Shown here in pieces: positions 50,062-63,933 of a DNA stretch of 64,000 nt. The stretch spans positions 121,148,001 to 121,212,000 of the forward strand of contig NC_042998.1 in NCBI RefSeq assembly GCF_006345805.1, read 5' to 3'. A program made the position numbers and the translations under genes. The notes below the pieces were generated by a model that was given only the letters and a program-made list of their open reading frames with translations, was not told the origin of the DNA and searched no databases. How positions within the stretch are numbered: position 1 is the stretch's first letter; every line of letters begins with the position of its first letter. Source of the DNA: Octopus sinensis. Lineage: Eukaryota.

Positions 50062-52960
50062 CTGACTCCCTGCATTGCATTCATCATCATCATCGTTTAA
50101 CATCCGTTTTCCATGCTGGCATGGGTTGGACAGTTCAACTGGGATCTGGGAAGCCAGGAGGTTGCACCAAGCCCCAATCTGATCTGGCAGTATTTATACA
50201 GCTGGATGCCCTTCATAATGCCAACTACTCCAAGGGTGTAGTGGGTGCTTTTTACATGCCTCCAGCACAGGGGCCAGGGGAGCTGGCATAAGCCATGTTC
50301 AAATGGTGCTTTTTACATGCCACCGGCACAGAAGCCAATCAAGGTGGCACTGGCATCAGCCATGTTCAGATGGTGCTTTTCACATGCCACTAGCACGGGA
50401 GTCACATCAACAATTTCTATTTGATTGTAATTTGATTTGATATTGATGTTGATGTTGATGTACTTGACTCAATAGGTCTCTTCAAGCACGGTATGTTGCC
50501 CTGCGATCCAAGGTACTTTTGAGTGGGCTGGTTATGTGATGCTGGTGTGGTTACAGCTGTGAACTCCCTTTATTTACTGGGTCTTCTCAGTCACAGCATA
50601 CCTTCAGAGGTCTCGGTCTTTTGTCATTGCCTCTGTGAGGCCCAATGTTCAAAGTTCATGCTTCACCACCTTATCCCATGTCTTCCTAGGTCTCCCTCTT
50701 GCCAGATTCCTTCCACTGTTTGGGAGTAGCACTTCTTCACACAGCCCTCCTCTTCCATCCGCAGTACATGACCATACCAATGCAAACATCTCTCTTGCAA
50801 GCCACATCCAATGCTTTTTATGGCTAACATTTCTCTCAGGGCGCTTACATTCTGTTGTGTGTGCATACTGACATTACACATCCAGTGGATCATGCTAGCT
50901 TCATTTCTTTCAAGCCTATGCATGTCTTCAGCAGTCACTGCCCATGTTTCACTGCCGTGAAGCATGGCAGTTTGCACATATGCATCATACAATCTACCTT
51001 TCACTCTAAGCAAGAGGCCCTTTGTCACCAGTAGTGGTAGAATCTTTCTGAACTTTGCCCAGGCTATTCGTATTTTAGTGGTAACACTCACTGAGCATCC
51101 ACCCCCCACTACAGACTTGGTCACTTAGGTAGCAGAAGCTATCAACTACTTCTAGTTTCTCCCCCTGGCATGTGATGGAATCTGTTTTCTGAGCACCTAT
51201 GGTGTCTATTGCTCCTGTGCATTGGCCACACATGAAAGCTATCTTCCCAGTTAATCTTCCTTTGATGTTGTTGCACTTATACTCTTTTACTTGTTTCTGT
51301 CATTTGACCAAAGCCATGCTGGAGCACCTCCTTTAGTCGAGCAAATCGCCCCCAGAACTTATCCTTTGTAAGCCTAGTACTTATTCTCTCGGTCTCTTTT
51401 GCCGAACTGCTAAGTTACAGGGACATAAACACACCAGCATTGGTTGTCAAGCGATGTTGGGGGGACAAACACAGACACACAAACATATACACACACATAC
51501 ATATACACAACGGGCTTCTTTCAGTTTCTGTCAACCAAATCCACTCACAAGGCTTTGGTTGGCCCAAGGCTATAGTAGAAGACACTTACCCAAGGTGCCA
51601 CGCAGTGGGACTGAACCCGGAACCATGTGGTTGGTAAGTAAGCTATTTACCACACAGCCACTCCTACACTGGGTACATCTTATGGAGTTTCTACCTACAC
51701 CTTCTTGACAGATCGAGCAGGGCCACCTACCTGAAGGGGTGTGTGATGTGTTCACCTTCCTACTTACTAGAACTTTGGTCTTTGTGACATTGACTCTAAG
51801 GCCCTTCAATTTTAGACCTTGCTTCCACATCTGAAATTTCTTCTCTAGTTCTGGTTGTGATTCTGCTATGAGGACCTGGTCATCAGCTTAGAGGAGCTTC
51901 CAGGGGCAGCCTGTCTTGAATTCCTCTGTTATTGGAGGACTATGATGAATAGGAGGGCGCTGAGGGCTGAACCTTGGTGGACCCCTACTTATACCTGGAA
52001 TTCTTCACTATACTCATTGCCAATACTAACCCTACTAACAACATCTCTGTATAGGTCCTGTATAGCCCTTATTAACCATTCGTCAAACTCCAGCTTCCAC
52101 ATTGCCCACCAGATAAGGGAACGGGGGACCCTGTCAAAGGCTTTCTCCAATTCCACAGAAGCTAAGTATAGGGGTTTATCTTTAGCTAGGTATTTCTCCT
52201 GCAGTTGTCGAACCAGGAATATGGCATCAGTGGTGCTTCTAACCGGCACAAAACTGAACTGCGTCTCAATTAGCAGACTCTCACCCTGATGAGATGGGCT
52301 ATGACCCTCTCCGTGACCTTCATCACCTGATCCAGCAGTTTGATACCCCTGTAGTTATTTCTATCTTGAGGATTGCCTTTACCCTTGTAGCAGTTGACTA
52401 TGGAGCTGCTATGCCAGTTGTTGGGTATGGCTCCATCATGAACTAGCTAGTTTACAATGCGGTTGACTAGGTCATAGCCCACACAACCAGATGTTTTAAG
52501 CATCTCAGCGGTGATTCCTCATGGGCCAGGGACTTTTCTTGGGTTCATACCTTTAATTGCTTTAACTACTAGGGTGCTGTCTATTCAGATAGCTGGTCCC
52601 TCTACTGGATCAACATTTGGCAGGCTCTCCTCCTCCCATTCATTCTCCACGTTCAGCAATCTTTCATAATGGCTTCTCCAAGTCTCTTTCTTTTCTGAAT
52701 CATTAAAAGCAAGTGCACCATCTTCCATGTGGATACATTTCTCTCCTGCGACATCACAATTTTCTCTCACACACTGCCTTGCAACCAGAAATACTTCAGT
52801 TCTTTGGTTCTCATGTCGCTGGACATTGGCAAACTTCTTCTTTTCTGCTTTTCCCTTGGCTATGTATACCTGTCGCCCAGCCTCCCTTTTGGCTATCTGG
52901 TATGGTTCCCTGCTACCCCCACCCTTCCAGGCTTTAAATTCTGCACAGGTTGACTTTGCC
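50062..52960 (-). mobile_element. Large degenerate RTE fragment (3' UTR through RT), split by a SINE
   Basis: Seen peptides: LPNVDPVEGP, STTDAIFLVRQLQEKYLAKDKPLYLASVELEKAFDRVPR, RIAWAKFRKILPLLVTKG and MLHGSETWA. (CAT)n tail at about 50062. Confidence 0.9.
51281..51666 (-). mobile_element. tRNA-headed SINE, full length, nested in RTE
   Basis: Seen: complete head and tail homologous to 4118-4475; RTE sequence resumes at 51667. Confidence 0.9.
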
Positions 52961-53091
52961 TTTTATTGTTTCGGGGTCGTTTATAAAGTATCAATCGAGG
53001 ATGGTAAATTATCAAAATGTTAGAGAGTTGGTTGAAGATGTTTTGCAGTATCTGTTTCGGTATGCTTCCTTCACTAAGAAAAGAAAAAAAA

Positions 53092-53235
53092 TGCTTCCTA
53101 ACTACATGGTTTCAAGTTCAGTCTCACTGGGTGGTACCTTGGACAAGTGGCTTCTACTACAGCCCTGAGGCAACCGAAGCCTGGTGTGTGGATTTTGAAG
53201 ATAGAAACTGAAAGTAACTTGTTATAATTGTGTAT
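53092..53235 (+). mobile_element. tRNA-headed SINE 5' half, diverged
   Basis: Seen: GCTTCCTAACTACATGGTTTCAAGTTCAGTCTCACTG...GGACAAGTGGCTTCTACTACAGCC. Confidence 0.7.
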
Positions 53236-54833
53236 GTTTTACTGTCTCTTTCCTTGACATCATATAATAGTTGGAAGCAAGTTTCAGTATCATTCAAGTG
53301 ATGTCCTTTATTTCCTTTCTTTGAAGACATGCCTGGTCATGAGGAAATATTACTTTTTAGCTGAAAGAGGGTGTCTCTGGCCTGCTTATAACAAATCCAT
53401 ATAAAACAGTAGAAATAATACCAGAAATGAGCTTTCAATTAACAGCAACACTTTATTCTTCTGCTAAATAAAATCATACAGCAAACCGGACTAATACATC
53501 ACAAAGAATGCTGTATATTGAAAATCATACATGGTTGGCTTTTCAACTCAGTTGAACTTGGTTACATGTGCTTCAACAGGAACAAAAATAACGTAACATA
53601 GCTTCCTGAAAACAAATTCTCCCTTCTGCTTAAAATGAAAAACATTATGCTATTTATTAACAAAAAGAGGTTTAGACAAGCATTTTTAATTTGCTGCTTT
53701 GGTGGTGTATTGCATAACACAATTGGATACAAGCTCCATATCTTGCATAAAACTAGGCCAATCCAAATGCCTGACTCAACAAAGTATTTCAATGTCACAT
53801 GACCAATCATTAGAGACTTACATGTGGAGCCTTTTTTAGATTATTTAAGCTTAAAACATGCTATTATGAAATTAGTCTTGCTACATCTTTATTTGGAAGC
53901 AGGTGATGGTTGGTGAAAAGGGTATCCAGTCATAGAAATTCCACCTCAACAAATTCTCTCTGATCTATGTGGTAGGGAAAGTGAATGTTAAATAATGATG
54001 ATGATGTGTGTGTATACACATATATCCCACATACATATGTGTGTTTTAGTAACTAATGAGTCTGACAAAATATATTTTGTTGGACTAATTGTTTTTAATA
54101 AAGCTTATTGACACTCAGGCTTAGCATTTTGAGTTCTTTATTTTAAATGGCTTAACCATGTAACCATGTCCGAACTGGAATCCCAGGACTGCACATGTGC
54201 GCGCGTACACACACACACACACACCTTTTATGAAGAAGATGATGGAATCTGTCATCCTTTTTGATAAACAGAATTTCATTCTTTTCACAAACAAAATCAA
54301 ATATTGTCATTACTACAAATGACAAAACATTGAGAGGGTTTGAATGTTATGTTCTTGGTGGAATTGTAGTACAATCAAAAAGTTAGCTGCTGGTCATTGT
54401 GTTGGTATCACTGATTGTTCATCATGATTGTTGTCAGCTCAGGTCAGTAGCTGTCCATCACCTCTACTGGCCATCTCCTATGGTGTCTGTAAATGCTCTC
54501 TGGTTAAGTAGATATGGTGTGCCAAATTTATACTGTTTAGGCTCAGAGAGAAAGGCATGAAAAGATGGAATTTTACTGGAGCCAGTTTTAGGCAAAGTTG
54601 TGATTGGTTAGATTTTTTTATCATGTGGATAACATTCTAGTGAATCATGACATGAAGTGATTGCTGAATGTTCATGCTATGTACCCATGCACCCTTACAG
54701 ACACTCATGTAAATATAGACATGCATGCACTTGTATGCACTCATTCACACATGTGCAATATATTTATTGGAAATCTGTTGGTGATTTGTTCATATTACTC
54801 AGAATTTCACTTACATGTGCACAATCAGGAAGG

Positions 54834-55399
54834 TACGAGGGACGTTCAATAAGTAATGCCTCTGACCCACTTGCAGTTGTTGGATCTAGAGTAGTGATGA
54901 CAGATTTCCTGGCAAAGGGTACCACAATTGCAGGAGCCTATTATGCTTCACTTTTGAGGAAATTAAGAGAAGTTATCAAAATCAAGAAGCGGGGCAAGAT
55001 CAGCAAAGACATCCTCCTCCTGCAGGACAACGCTCCGGTCCACAACTCGCTTGTCGCCAGATCAGAAGCACAGGCGTATGGCTATGAACTCCTCCCCCAT
55101 CCCCCTACTTTCCTGACCTTGCACCCTCTGATTTTCACCTCTTCCCAGTCATGAAGTTGTTTTTGAAAGGAAAGCGTTTCCCAGATGATGCAGCCTTGAT
55201 TTCTGAAGTCACGTTCGGGTTGGAGGACCAAGCTGGGGTCTTCTACAAAAACGGTCTCCAGAGCTGCATCAAACAATGGGAGAAATGCATAACTCTGGGT
55301 GGTTCCTATGTAGAAAAAGACTAATAACTGTGCCAAGTTTCGTTGCTCTACTGCTATGGGAAGTGGGTCAGGGGCATTACTTATTGAACGCCCCTCGTA
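54834..55399 (+). mobile_element. Internally deleted mariner (566 bp) with near-perfect TIRs and TA TSD
   Basis: Seen: TA-CGAGGGACGTTCAATAAGTAATGCCTCTGACCCACTT at the left and AAGTGGGTCAGGGGCATTACTTATTGAACGCCCCTCG-TA at the right. The interior encodes only the C-terminal half (LLLQDNAPVH, LPHPP/PDLAPSDFHLFP, WEKCITLGGSYVE) with a frameshift. Confidence 0.93.
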
Positions 55400-55728
55400 A
55401 CTTATGGTGAATTAGGCTGTGTTTATGATGCATTAGAAAGACTGATTTTTATTGACCAAAACATGTAGCTAAATATGTGGCAGGTCAAGCATGTAGCTGG
55501 CTGGACAACTATGATATAAGGAGAACTGGAGACAAATTGAATGAGTATTGAAATGTTATTGTATCACTAATGTTGCTTTTAATTCATTATTGAATTTAAT
55601 CTTACATGTGCATTGCTGTGGCACATCATCGAATAGTTTTTACACTATTCATATATAGTCATAGAGTGGTGATTCAATTCATCTCTGGTTTGATTCAGGT
55701 ATGTAATGTTGATAAGCTACAAAAATGG

Positions 55729-57422
<1,694 letters not shown>

Positions 57423-57503
57423 ATTGAGGTAATCAGATCAGATGGTTCATATTTGTAGATATTTATTTATATATTACATTTTTTACATATATATATATAT
57501 ATA

Positions 57504-57941
57504 TTTGATTTTTGATTTTTGATTTTTCCAGTTTCAGCTTATGAGCTGTGGCCATGCTGGGGCACCGCCATTTGGTGTTGCTACTTGGTTTCACTTCATG
57601 AAGGCTTTCTAGCAGCTGCTATTTGGTGCATGAGAGAATTCGACGCAGCTGCCCTCATCTGCCCCTCCTGCCGTGAAGTTGGTTCATCTGGGACACCTGA
57701 CAGGAAGAGATCCAGCTTCATTTTAAAGACATCTGTATCCACCCCATGCAGGTCTCTCAGGTTCTTCGGGAGGATATTGAAGAGCTGTGGGCCTCGGAAG
57801 CCCAGGCTATCACAGAATCTTGTCCTACATCTTGATGGCAAGTTTGGAGTCCTAGGCACCACGCAGTGGCGCCCAGTTCTGGCATTTGCGTAACTCTCGA
57901 TGCCAAAGTTCAGGACACTTCCCTCCAGGATCTTCCAGATG

Positions 57942-57945
<4 letters not shown>
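57504..57945 (-). mobile_element. CR1/L2-group LINE 3' end with stem-loop and (AAAAATC)n tail
   Basis: Seen: YIWKILEG...SLGFRGPQLFNILPKNLR...VFKMKLDLFLSGVPDEP (CR1/L2-like ORF2 C-terminus, recalled); stop at 57596; short 3' UTR; TA tracts on both sides. Confidence 0.75.
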
Positions 57946-58013
<68 letters not shown>

Positions 58014-60283
58014 CTGGATGTGTTTGATTGTTGTGTGTGATTTTGGAAGTAAAGTTGTCTTGGGAGGGATAGCTAACTTTAATGTTATGAGTATTGAAAG
58101 ATTAAATATGGTGGATTAAATAAGATTACCTTCATTTTTTTCCTGGTTCTCAGACATGATATAATATAGAAAATGCAAAAGCGGGAAATAATAAAGTTGG
58201 TTTCAGTATACCAATAAAAAGCTAGGTGTATAAAATGTGTTGTGGAATGTACATACGTTTTTTGTGTTTACAAAATTAGTTAGATAAGATGTGTAGAAAG
58301 TGTTAATACATTTTCTAGCTTGTAAAGTTAAAAGATAATTAACAACAGCAAAGATAGAAGTTAACAGACCAAAAAAAAAAATTGCATTTAACCAACAAAT
58401 TTTCAGATTGGTATGGAGGTGTGTGACCAAGTGATTAGAATGTTCAGCTCATATGATAAAGTTGCAGGTTCAAGCATAGTGTCCTTTGAGCAAGGTACTG
58501 TTACTCCAGTTTGTTCATATTTAATGAGAACAAACCCAATAATGGTGTAACCCTCATTTCCTCTGTCACATCCTAGATGTTTAGGTGAGACAAAGGGAAA
58601 AGGAATGACAAAGGGTCTATGTCTGCTCATGACTACATAGGTATTTAAAACAATTAGCAAAAGAATGGCATATATTGCTATGTCATACATGCTTACACAC
58701 TTGCAAGTGATGACTGGCTATACTTTTAAACAATTAGAATTATAATTGTCCGCTAGCAAGTGCTAAGTAAGAGAGCAGAGTTGTAGTTTATACATGGTAA
58801 CTGTCAAAGTAACAGATTGCACATGGTTGCTGAGCTACAGTTTGTGCATGGTTGGTGCAGAATGAAAATTTCACACGAGAGACAGTGAAATGACAGCAAA
58901 GCAAGTAAGACAATTGTGTTCTTGTAAATAGTTAAAAATGGCTCACAGGCTACTAGTTGGTTAGAATAGCACACATGATAATGTTGAAACTAAAGTAGTG
59001 GTGACTATCTATTTATCACAAGTTGACGAAAGTGATGTATAAGAGAGTTGCTGGCATAAGATCACTTCAGAGTAGATAGTCCTATCCTTTATGAATGAGG
59101 AGTGTTCCTGTAGAGTAATATAAACTTTCAAACTTCTCTTCCACTACTTACCCTTGTGAATTAATGACTTGACTAGTTTGACAATGGTTTTATCGAATCT
59201 GTAGCAGGTCTCTGTCTGACTTTGAACCCAGACTGTTTTTCTGTTCAATGAAAAAGTTTTAGTAAGCAATAATAAAAAAAATAAAAAACAGGATATTTCA
59301 AATTAAGTGATGATATCATAAAACTAACCAACAACTACATATCAAATTCATTGCCTAACATCAACAAAAGCACTGATGAATGAAAGGTTGTCAACTGCTT
59401 ATCAGTCAAACATTGATTAAGCTAAACTCAGCTTATAAAAGAGTGGTAATCAACAAATTATCAGTACACAAGAGAGAAAGACAGTCATAGAGAATCAAGC
59501 AGAGAGAGAAGAAAGAACTGAGCATAGTCATGTCACACATCAGACCGTTGTCATTGTCAACAGAGCCAGCCACTAACCTAAAAATAGTTGGGGACACAAG
59601 CATTCATTCTTTTAAACTCTCCCTCATCTACTCACACTCACAATCAAGCTTTTCAGCTAAATCACTAACACAAGCACATTTTCCGTTAGTTTGTTATTTT
59701 CCTTTGCTCCTTGATTGCGTATGCTCACATAATTACAGAATCAAGCTATGACAACATTAATCTCATTTTTCCATCATTATTTTGTTAGTTTTTTTTTCTT
59801 CAAATTGTCACATTCTATTTCAACTTTTAACAATAAAATAGGTGATGAACTAAAAAGTAGAGACTGTTCTTCTCACTTATTTAACAACATCCCATTTTCT
59901 TCACTGTAATAAGATAGTAACAACACAATTTTCATTATTGTTAAAAATCTTTCAAATAGAGTATTTGCTTGAGGATAGCAGGGTGTAGGTCTTCATTGCA
60001 GTAGCACCAACTTTTCTAAACACTCTAAGCCCACAACTTATAAACTATTGTCAGAAAAAATTCTGTATGCAATTTGTAAGATTTCATGACAAGCATCTCC
60101 AAACTACCCTGATGTCACATCTACAATAACTACTAGTGATTCTCTGTTCATTAGCAGGACATTGAAATTTACATGTAGCTCCACCTATGCATTTGGTATT
60201 AAGGATTTCAGTGGCTTAGGTAGTTCATTTGGCACATATCAATCATACAACATCACATTCTTGTTACATATGTTGCAATTTTT

Positions 60284-60400
60284 TATGTATTGAACAAACA
60301 TAAATTATCTGATCCTCTAAGGCCATTAAGAAAGTAGAATCTATGTTCAGCATCATTATCATCTAAACTTTCTACGACTCTGTTAAATACATTGCAGCTC
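60284..60400 (-). pseudogene. Possible highly decayed Helitron PIF1-helicase remnant (Walker A region)
   Basis: Seen on minus: VFNRVVESLDDNDAEHRFYFLNGLRGSDNLCLFNT*, resembling the Helitron FFLDGPGGTGKTFLYNT motif with the GK lost. Weak; inference. Confidence 0.25.
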
Positions 60401-60487
60401 TTTTAAACGTATTCAATTTAATCACTTCAATATCAGTAGCATTATTGTTAAGATTTAGTGCACATTCAAGTAATTTTAAGTGATGAT

Positions 60488-60647
60488 CAGGACCATCTTA
60501 GCAGCATTATAGGCCTGCAGGCAAATCAATGCACTGGGCCCAATAATATTTACTTATTGACAGCAACCACAACTTACATAGATTAGAAATGGACCCATGA
60601 GGCCCCCAGGCAACTACCCAGTGTGCCCATACCTTAAGACAGCACTG
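60488..60647. mobile_element. Short hAT-like MITE
   Basis: Seen: CAGGACCATCTTA and TAAGACAGCACTG imperfect TIRs; flanks GTGATGAT and GTCATGAC (6/8 match) as a decayed 8-bp TSD. Confidence 0.45.
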
Positions 60648-60769
60648 GTCATGACAACAAAGACTGAAAAATGAGTTTGTTTTATATCATGCAGTGTGCT
60701 GTTTGAGAGTATCTTTGTTCTGTTTCCATAGTTCTGCACAAGGCTAGTAAATTTAAGTGAAGTGGGTGA

Positions 60770-60945
60770 ATCAATTACATCAATTCCAGTGCTCAACTGG
60801 TACTTACTTTATCAACCCCAAAATGACAAGGACAAAGTCAACCTAAGTGGTATTTGAACTCAGAATGTGCAGCCGGAAGAAATGCTGGCAAGCATTTCGT
60901 CTGATGTGCTAACAATTCTGCGAGCTTGCCACCTTAAGAATAATA
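60770..60945 (-). mobile_element. Second SINE family with a conserved central domain; partial copies also near 18160, 48680, 52945 and 63690-64000
   Basis: Seen in several copies: GAGTTCAAAT..C...GGT..ACTTT.CCTT.CAT......GGGGT.GATAAA.TAAGTACCAG. A Meta-domain-like identity is recalled, not verified. Confidence 0.6.
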
Positions 60946-60954
60946 AATCATATT

Positions 60955-61228
60955 GTCTCTGGCTGCACAGTCCTGGGTAAGAAGGAATATATCCACATAC
61001 ATGACAGAATTTGGACTTATATGCACTGGAAGCTATACCAGCACTACAGAATAAAAGTAAGAAGAAGAGAGTATAGGCATCTTTCAGAAAAGTTTATAGA
61101 AAAAGACAAAGTAATCTCATTCTGGGATATGCCAATACACACAAATAGATAGATCAAGGCTAATAGGCCAGATATTGTTGTTAGGTACCATCAAGAAAAA
61201 TAGTGTTTTCTAATTGACATGTCAGTCC
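60955..61228 (+). mobile_element. R4/Dong-type non-LTR element fragment A (REL endonuclease)
   Basis: Seen: CTVLGKKEYIHIHD...FWDMPIHTNR*IKANRPDIVV...CFLIDMSV, ending at (AAT)n. Confidence 0.75.
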
Positions 61229-61279
<51 letters not shown>

Positions 61280-61280
<1 letters not shown>

Positions 61281-61790
61281 GGAGGCTAAAGAGAGGGAAG
61301 ATGTGGTATGAGCACAAGCTGCAACGAGTGGCAGAGTTGGAGACTAGCAAAATCTTTTGGGATTTCCCAATCCAAACAGATCAGGTGCTAGAGCATAACA
61401 GACCAAACCTAGTGGTGGAGGATAAGATGCACCACATATGCTATATAGTCGATGTTGCATGCCCCTTTGAGCCATGAATAGTTAAGAAGATAGATAGATA
61501 CAACCCTTTTAAGTATGAAATAGCCTGGTTATGGAAAATGAAGAAGGTGAAGATAGTGCTAATTATTATTGGGTCCTTGGGAATAGCATCAGAAGGCATC
61601 AAGAGGAATATAAAGGAAATTGGAATAGAGTGCTCAGCAGAACTGTTACAAAAGGTTTGCCTCCTTGGCATGGCCAGAATAATCAGGAAAGTATTAGATA
61701 GCAGAAAATAACGAATAGTATGGTATTGTAGGCTGCAGGTAGTAAGCCTACTACACATGGAAGACTCCAGGAGCTCCAACAAAACCTGTT
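61280..61790 (+). mobile_element. R4/Dong-type fragment B, flanked by (AAT)n on both sides
   Basis: Seen: MWYEHKLQRV...IFWDFPIQTDQVLEHNRPNLVV...CYIVDVACPF, then KYEIAWLWKMKKVKIVLIIIGSLG...LQKVCLLGMARIIRKVL. Confidence 0.85.
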
Positions 61791-61800
61791 ATAAGGAGAA

Positions 61801-61843
<43 letters not shown>

Positions 61844-61876
61844 TAATAATAATAATAAGAAGAAGAAGAAGAAGAA

Positions 61877-62700
61877 GCTCAAGATCAATGCCTACCTACA
61901 AGGAACTACCAGGCCAACATATTAAAGAACGGCAGTAGCCCAACATGTCGTGTATGTCAACAACAAAATGAAACCATTGATCATGTTGTCTCCAAGTGCA
62001 GCCTTCTTGCGCCTACAGAGTATCTCAACAGGCATGATAGAGCTGCACAATATATTCACTGGGTAATTTGCAGAAGCCTGGACTTGCCCCATGATAAAAA
62101 CTGGTGGGAACACAAACCACCTCCAGTGCTTGAAAATGACCACATCTCACTCCTCTGGAACTTCACCATTCAAACTGACAAAGATAGATGTGAATAGGCC
62201 AGACATCATAGTAAAAGACTTCAGACAAAAAACATGCCTCCTCATTGATATGACTGTCCCAATCGATATAAACGTATCTGTCAAGACCTACCAAAAACTG
62301 AGCAAATATAAAGATCTGGAAATAGAAATCAGCAAAATGTGGAACCTGAAGACTAGAACAATACCTGTTGTCATAGGTGCCCTGGGAATGATAGCAAAAG
62401 GGGCTGATTGCTACCTAACTCAGATACCAGGAAACCCAAAAATGGCAGAAATTCAAAAGATAGTGCTCATGGGAACTGCTCATATCCTACGCAAAATACT
62501 TTCTTTGTAATCTCAAGTTTTAAAACAAACATAATTTTTGCATGGTTTTTTAGGCATTCCTTAGTACAACACTAAGTACAAAACCAAATATATGGCACCC
62601 TAGGCATAACACCAACATGAACTTCCAACTTGTCTCTTGAGGTCTCTGGGTGAGACTTGGAGCCAGCTTGTGCAAATGTAAAGCAAAAGTCAAACATATA
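61877..62700 (+). mobile_element. R4/Dong-type fragment C, best preserved (CCHC knuckle + REL)
   Basis: Seen: AQDQCLPTRNY...CRVCQQQNETIDHVVSKC...RHD...WWEHKP; frameshift near 62180; then NRPDIIV...LLIDMTVP...KLSKYKDLEIEISKMW...IPVVIGALG...IQKIVLMGTAHILRKIL* (62510). Confidence 0.9.
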
Positions 62701-62859
62701 ATAATAGTAACACCCAGCCTGAATAACCAGAAGGTAGTGTGGAAATTGTTATTGCAAAGAAAGTAAAATTAATGGCAAAGTGAAAATGCAGGAACAATCT
62801 GCTGGTCGGTGGAAGCAGAAGCCTTTGCATAGCAAATATGTACCTCATACCAAACAACC

Positions 62860-63690
62860 TTGTGTTGTCTGGAAGCACACCCATCAGTGGCTACAAAACT
62901 CAGGGCTAAAGACAGAGAGCAAAGGCTTCATCCTTAGCTACTCATGATCGAAGCTTATTGAACTGAAACTACCAAACCAATGTGAAGAAAAATGAAGTAG
63001 ATCCAAAGTGCTGATTCTGCATTGATGAGATCAAAACTGGATCACTTAATCTCTCAATGTAAAATTTTAACATCAGTCGAGTATAAATCAAGAAACGACA
63101 GAGTTGGCCAATATCTACACTGGTTAATATGTTGGTATTATTAAATCAAAACTGTTGACAAGTAGTATAGGAATCACCCTGAGGGTCTAAGAGAGGGACA
63201 GATTGTAACAATTTTTTAGAACTTTCCAATGCATACAGACAAAACCATCAAAGCTAATAAGCTGGATATAGCTGTAAAAGGTCAAAATAATAAAGTCTGT
63301 TTATTGATTAACATGAGTATCCCTTGTGATCATAATATTCTGGCAAAAGAATTTGGCATAGTCAGAAATTTGCTCATTGAAATCGGAAAAATGTGGCATC
63401 TCAAGACAATTAAAATATCAGTGATTGTAGAAGGACTAGGAATGATACAAAATGAAACTGAAAATAATTTGAGAACTATTCCTGGCTTACCATCCCTGCT
63501 AGAAGTACTAAAGATTGTTTTAAGTGGTATGTCAGATATCAAAAAGAGCATTGTCAACTTTATTTGATTTTATATGTGAACAATTTGGTATGTTTATTTT
63601 AAGTGTCTATCAATGTATACAGTGAAATTCTTTGCTCTAGATGTCAGGAAAACACTAGGGAAGAAATGTAAACAAAACTGAAAGAAGAAA
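62860..63690 (+). mobile_element. R4/Dong-type fragment D, degenerate
   Basis: Seen: GLKTESKGFILA-HDRSL...RNDRVGQYLHW...MHTDKTIKANKLDIAV...CLLINMSIP...IEIGKMWHLKT...KIVLSG; short ATAATAAT follows. Confidence 0.82.
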
Positions 63691-63779
63691 AACTCATAAT
63701 AATAATCCTTTCTACTTAAAACACAAGGTCTGAAATTTTGGTGGAAGGGACTAGTCAATTATATTAATCCCAATGTTTC

Positions 63780-63933
63780 TTCTTCTTCTTCTTCTTCTTC
63801 TTCTTCTTCTTTTCCTTCTTCGTTTCCTTCTTCTTCTTCTTCTTCTTCTTCTTCTTCTTCTTCTTCTCCTTCTTCTTCTTCTTCTCCTTCTTCTTCTTAG
63901 GCCTCTTGATTCCTTGGGGAATATGGGGCCACT
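63780..63933 (-). mobile_element. Tiny retro-insertion: about 36-nt 3' tip plus (GAA)n tail with 13-bp TSD, inside a SINE
   Basis: Seen: ATCCCAATGTTTC (63767-63779) and ATCCCAGTGTTTC (63934-63946) flank (TTC)n + TTAGGCCTCTTGATTCCTTGGGGAATATGGGGCCACT. Confidence 0.7.
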
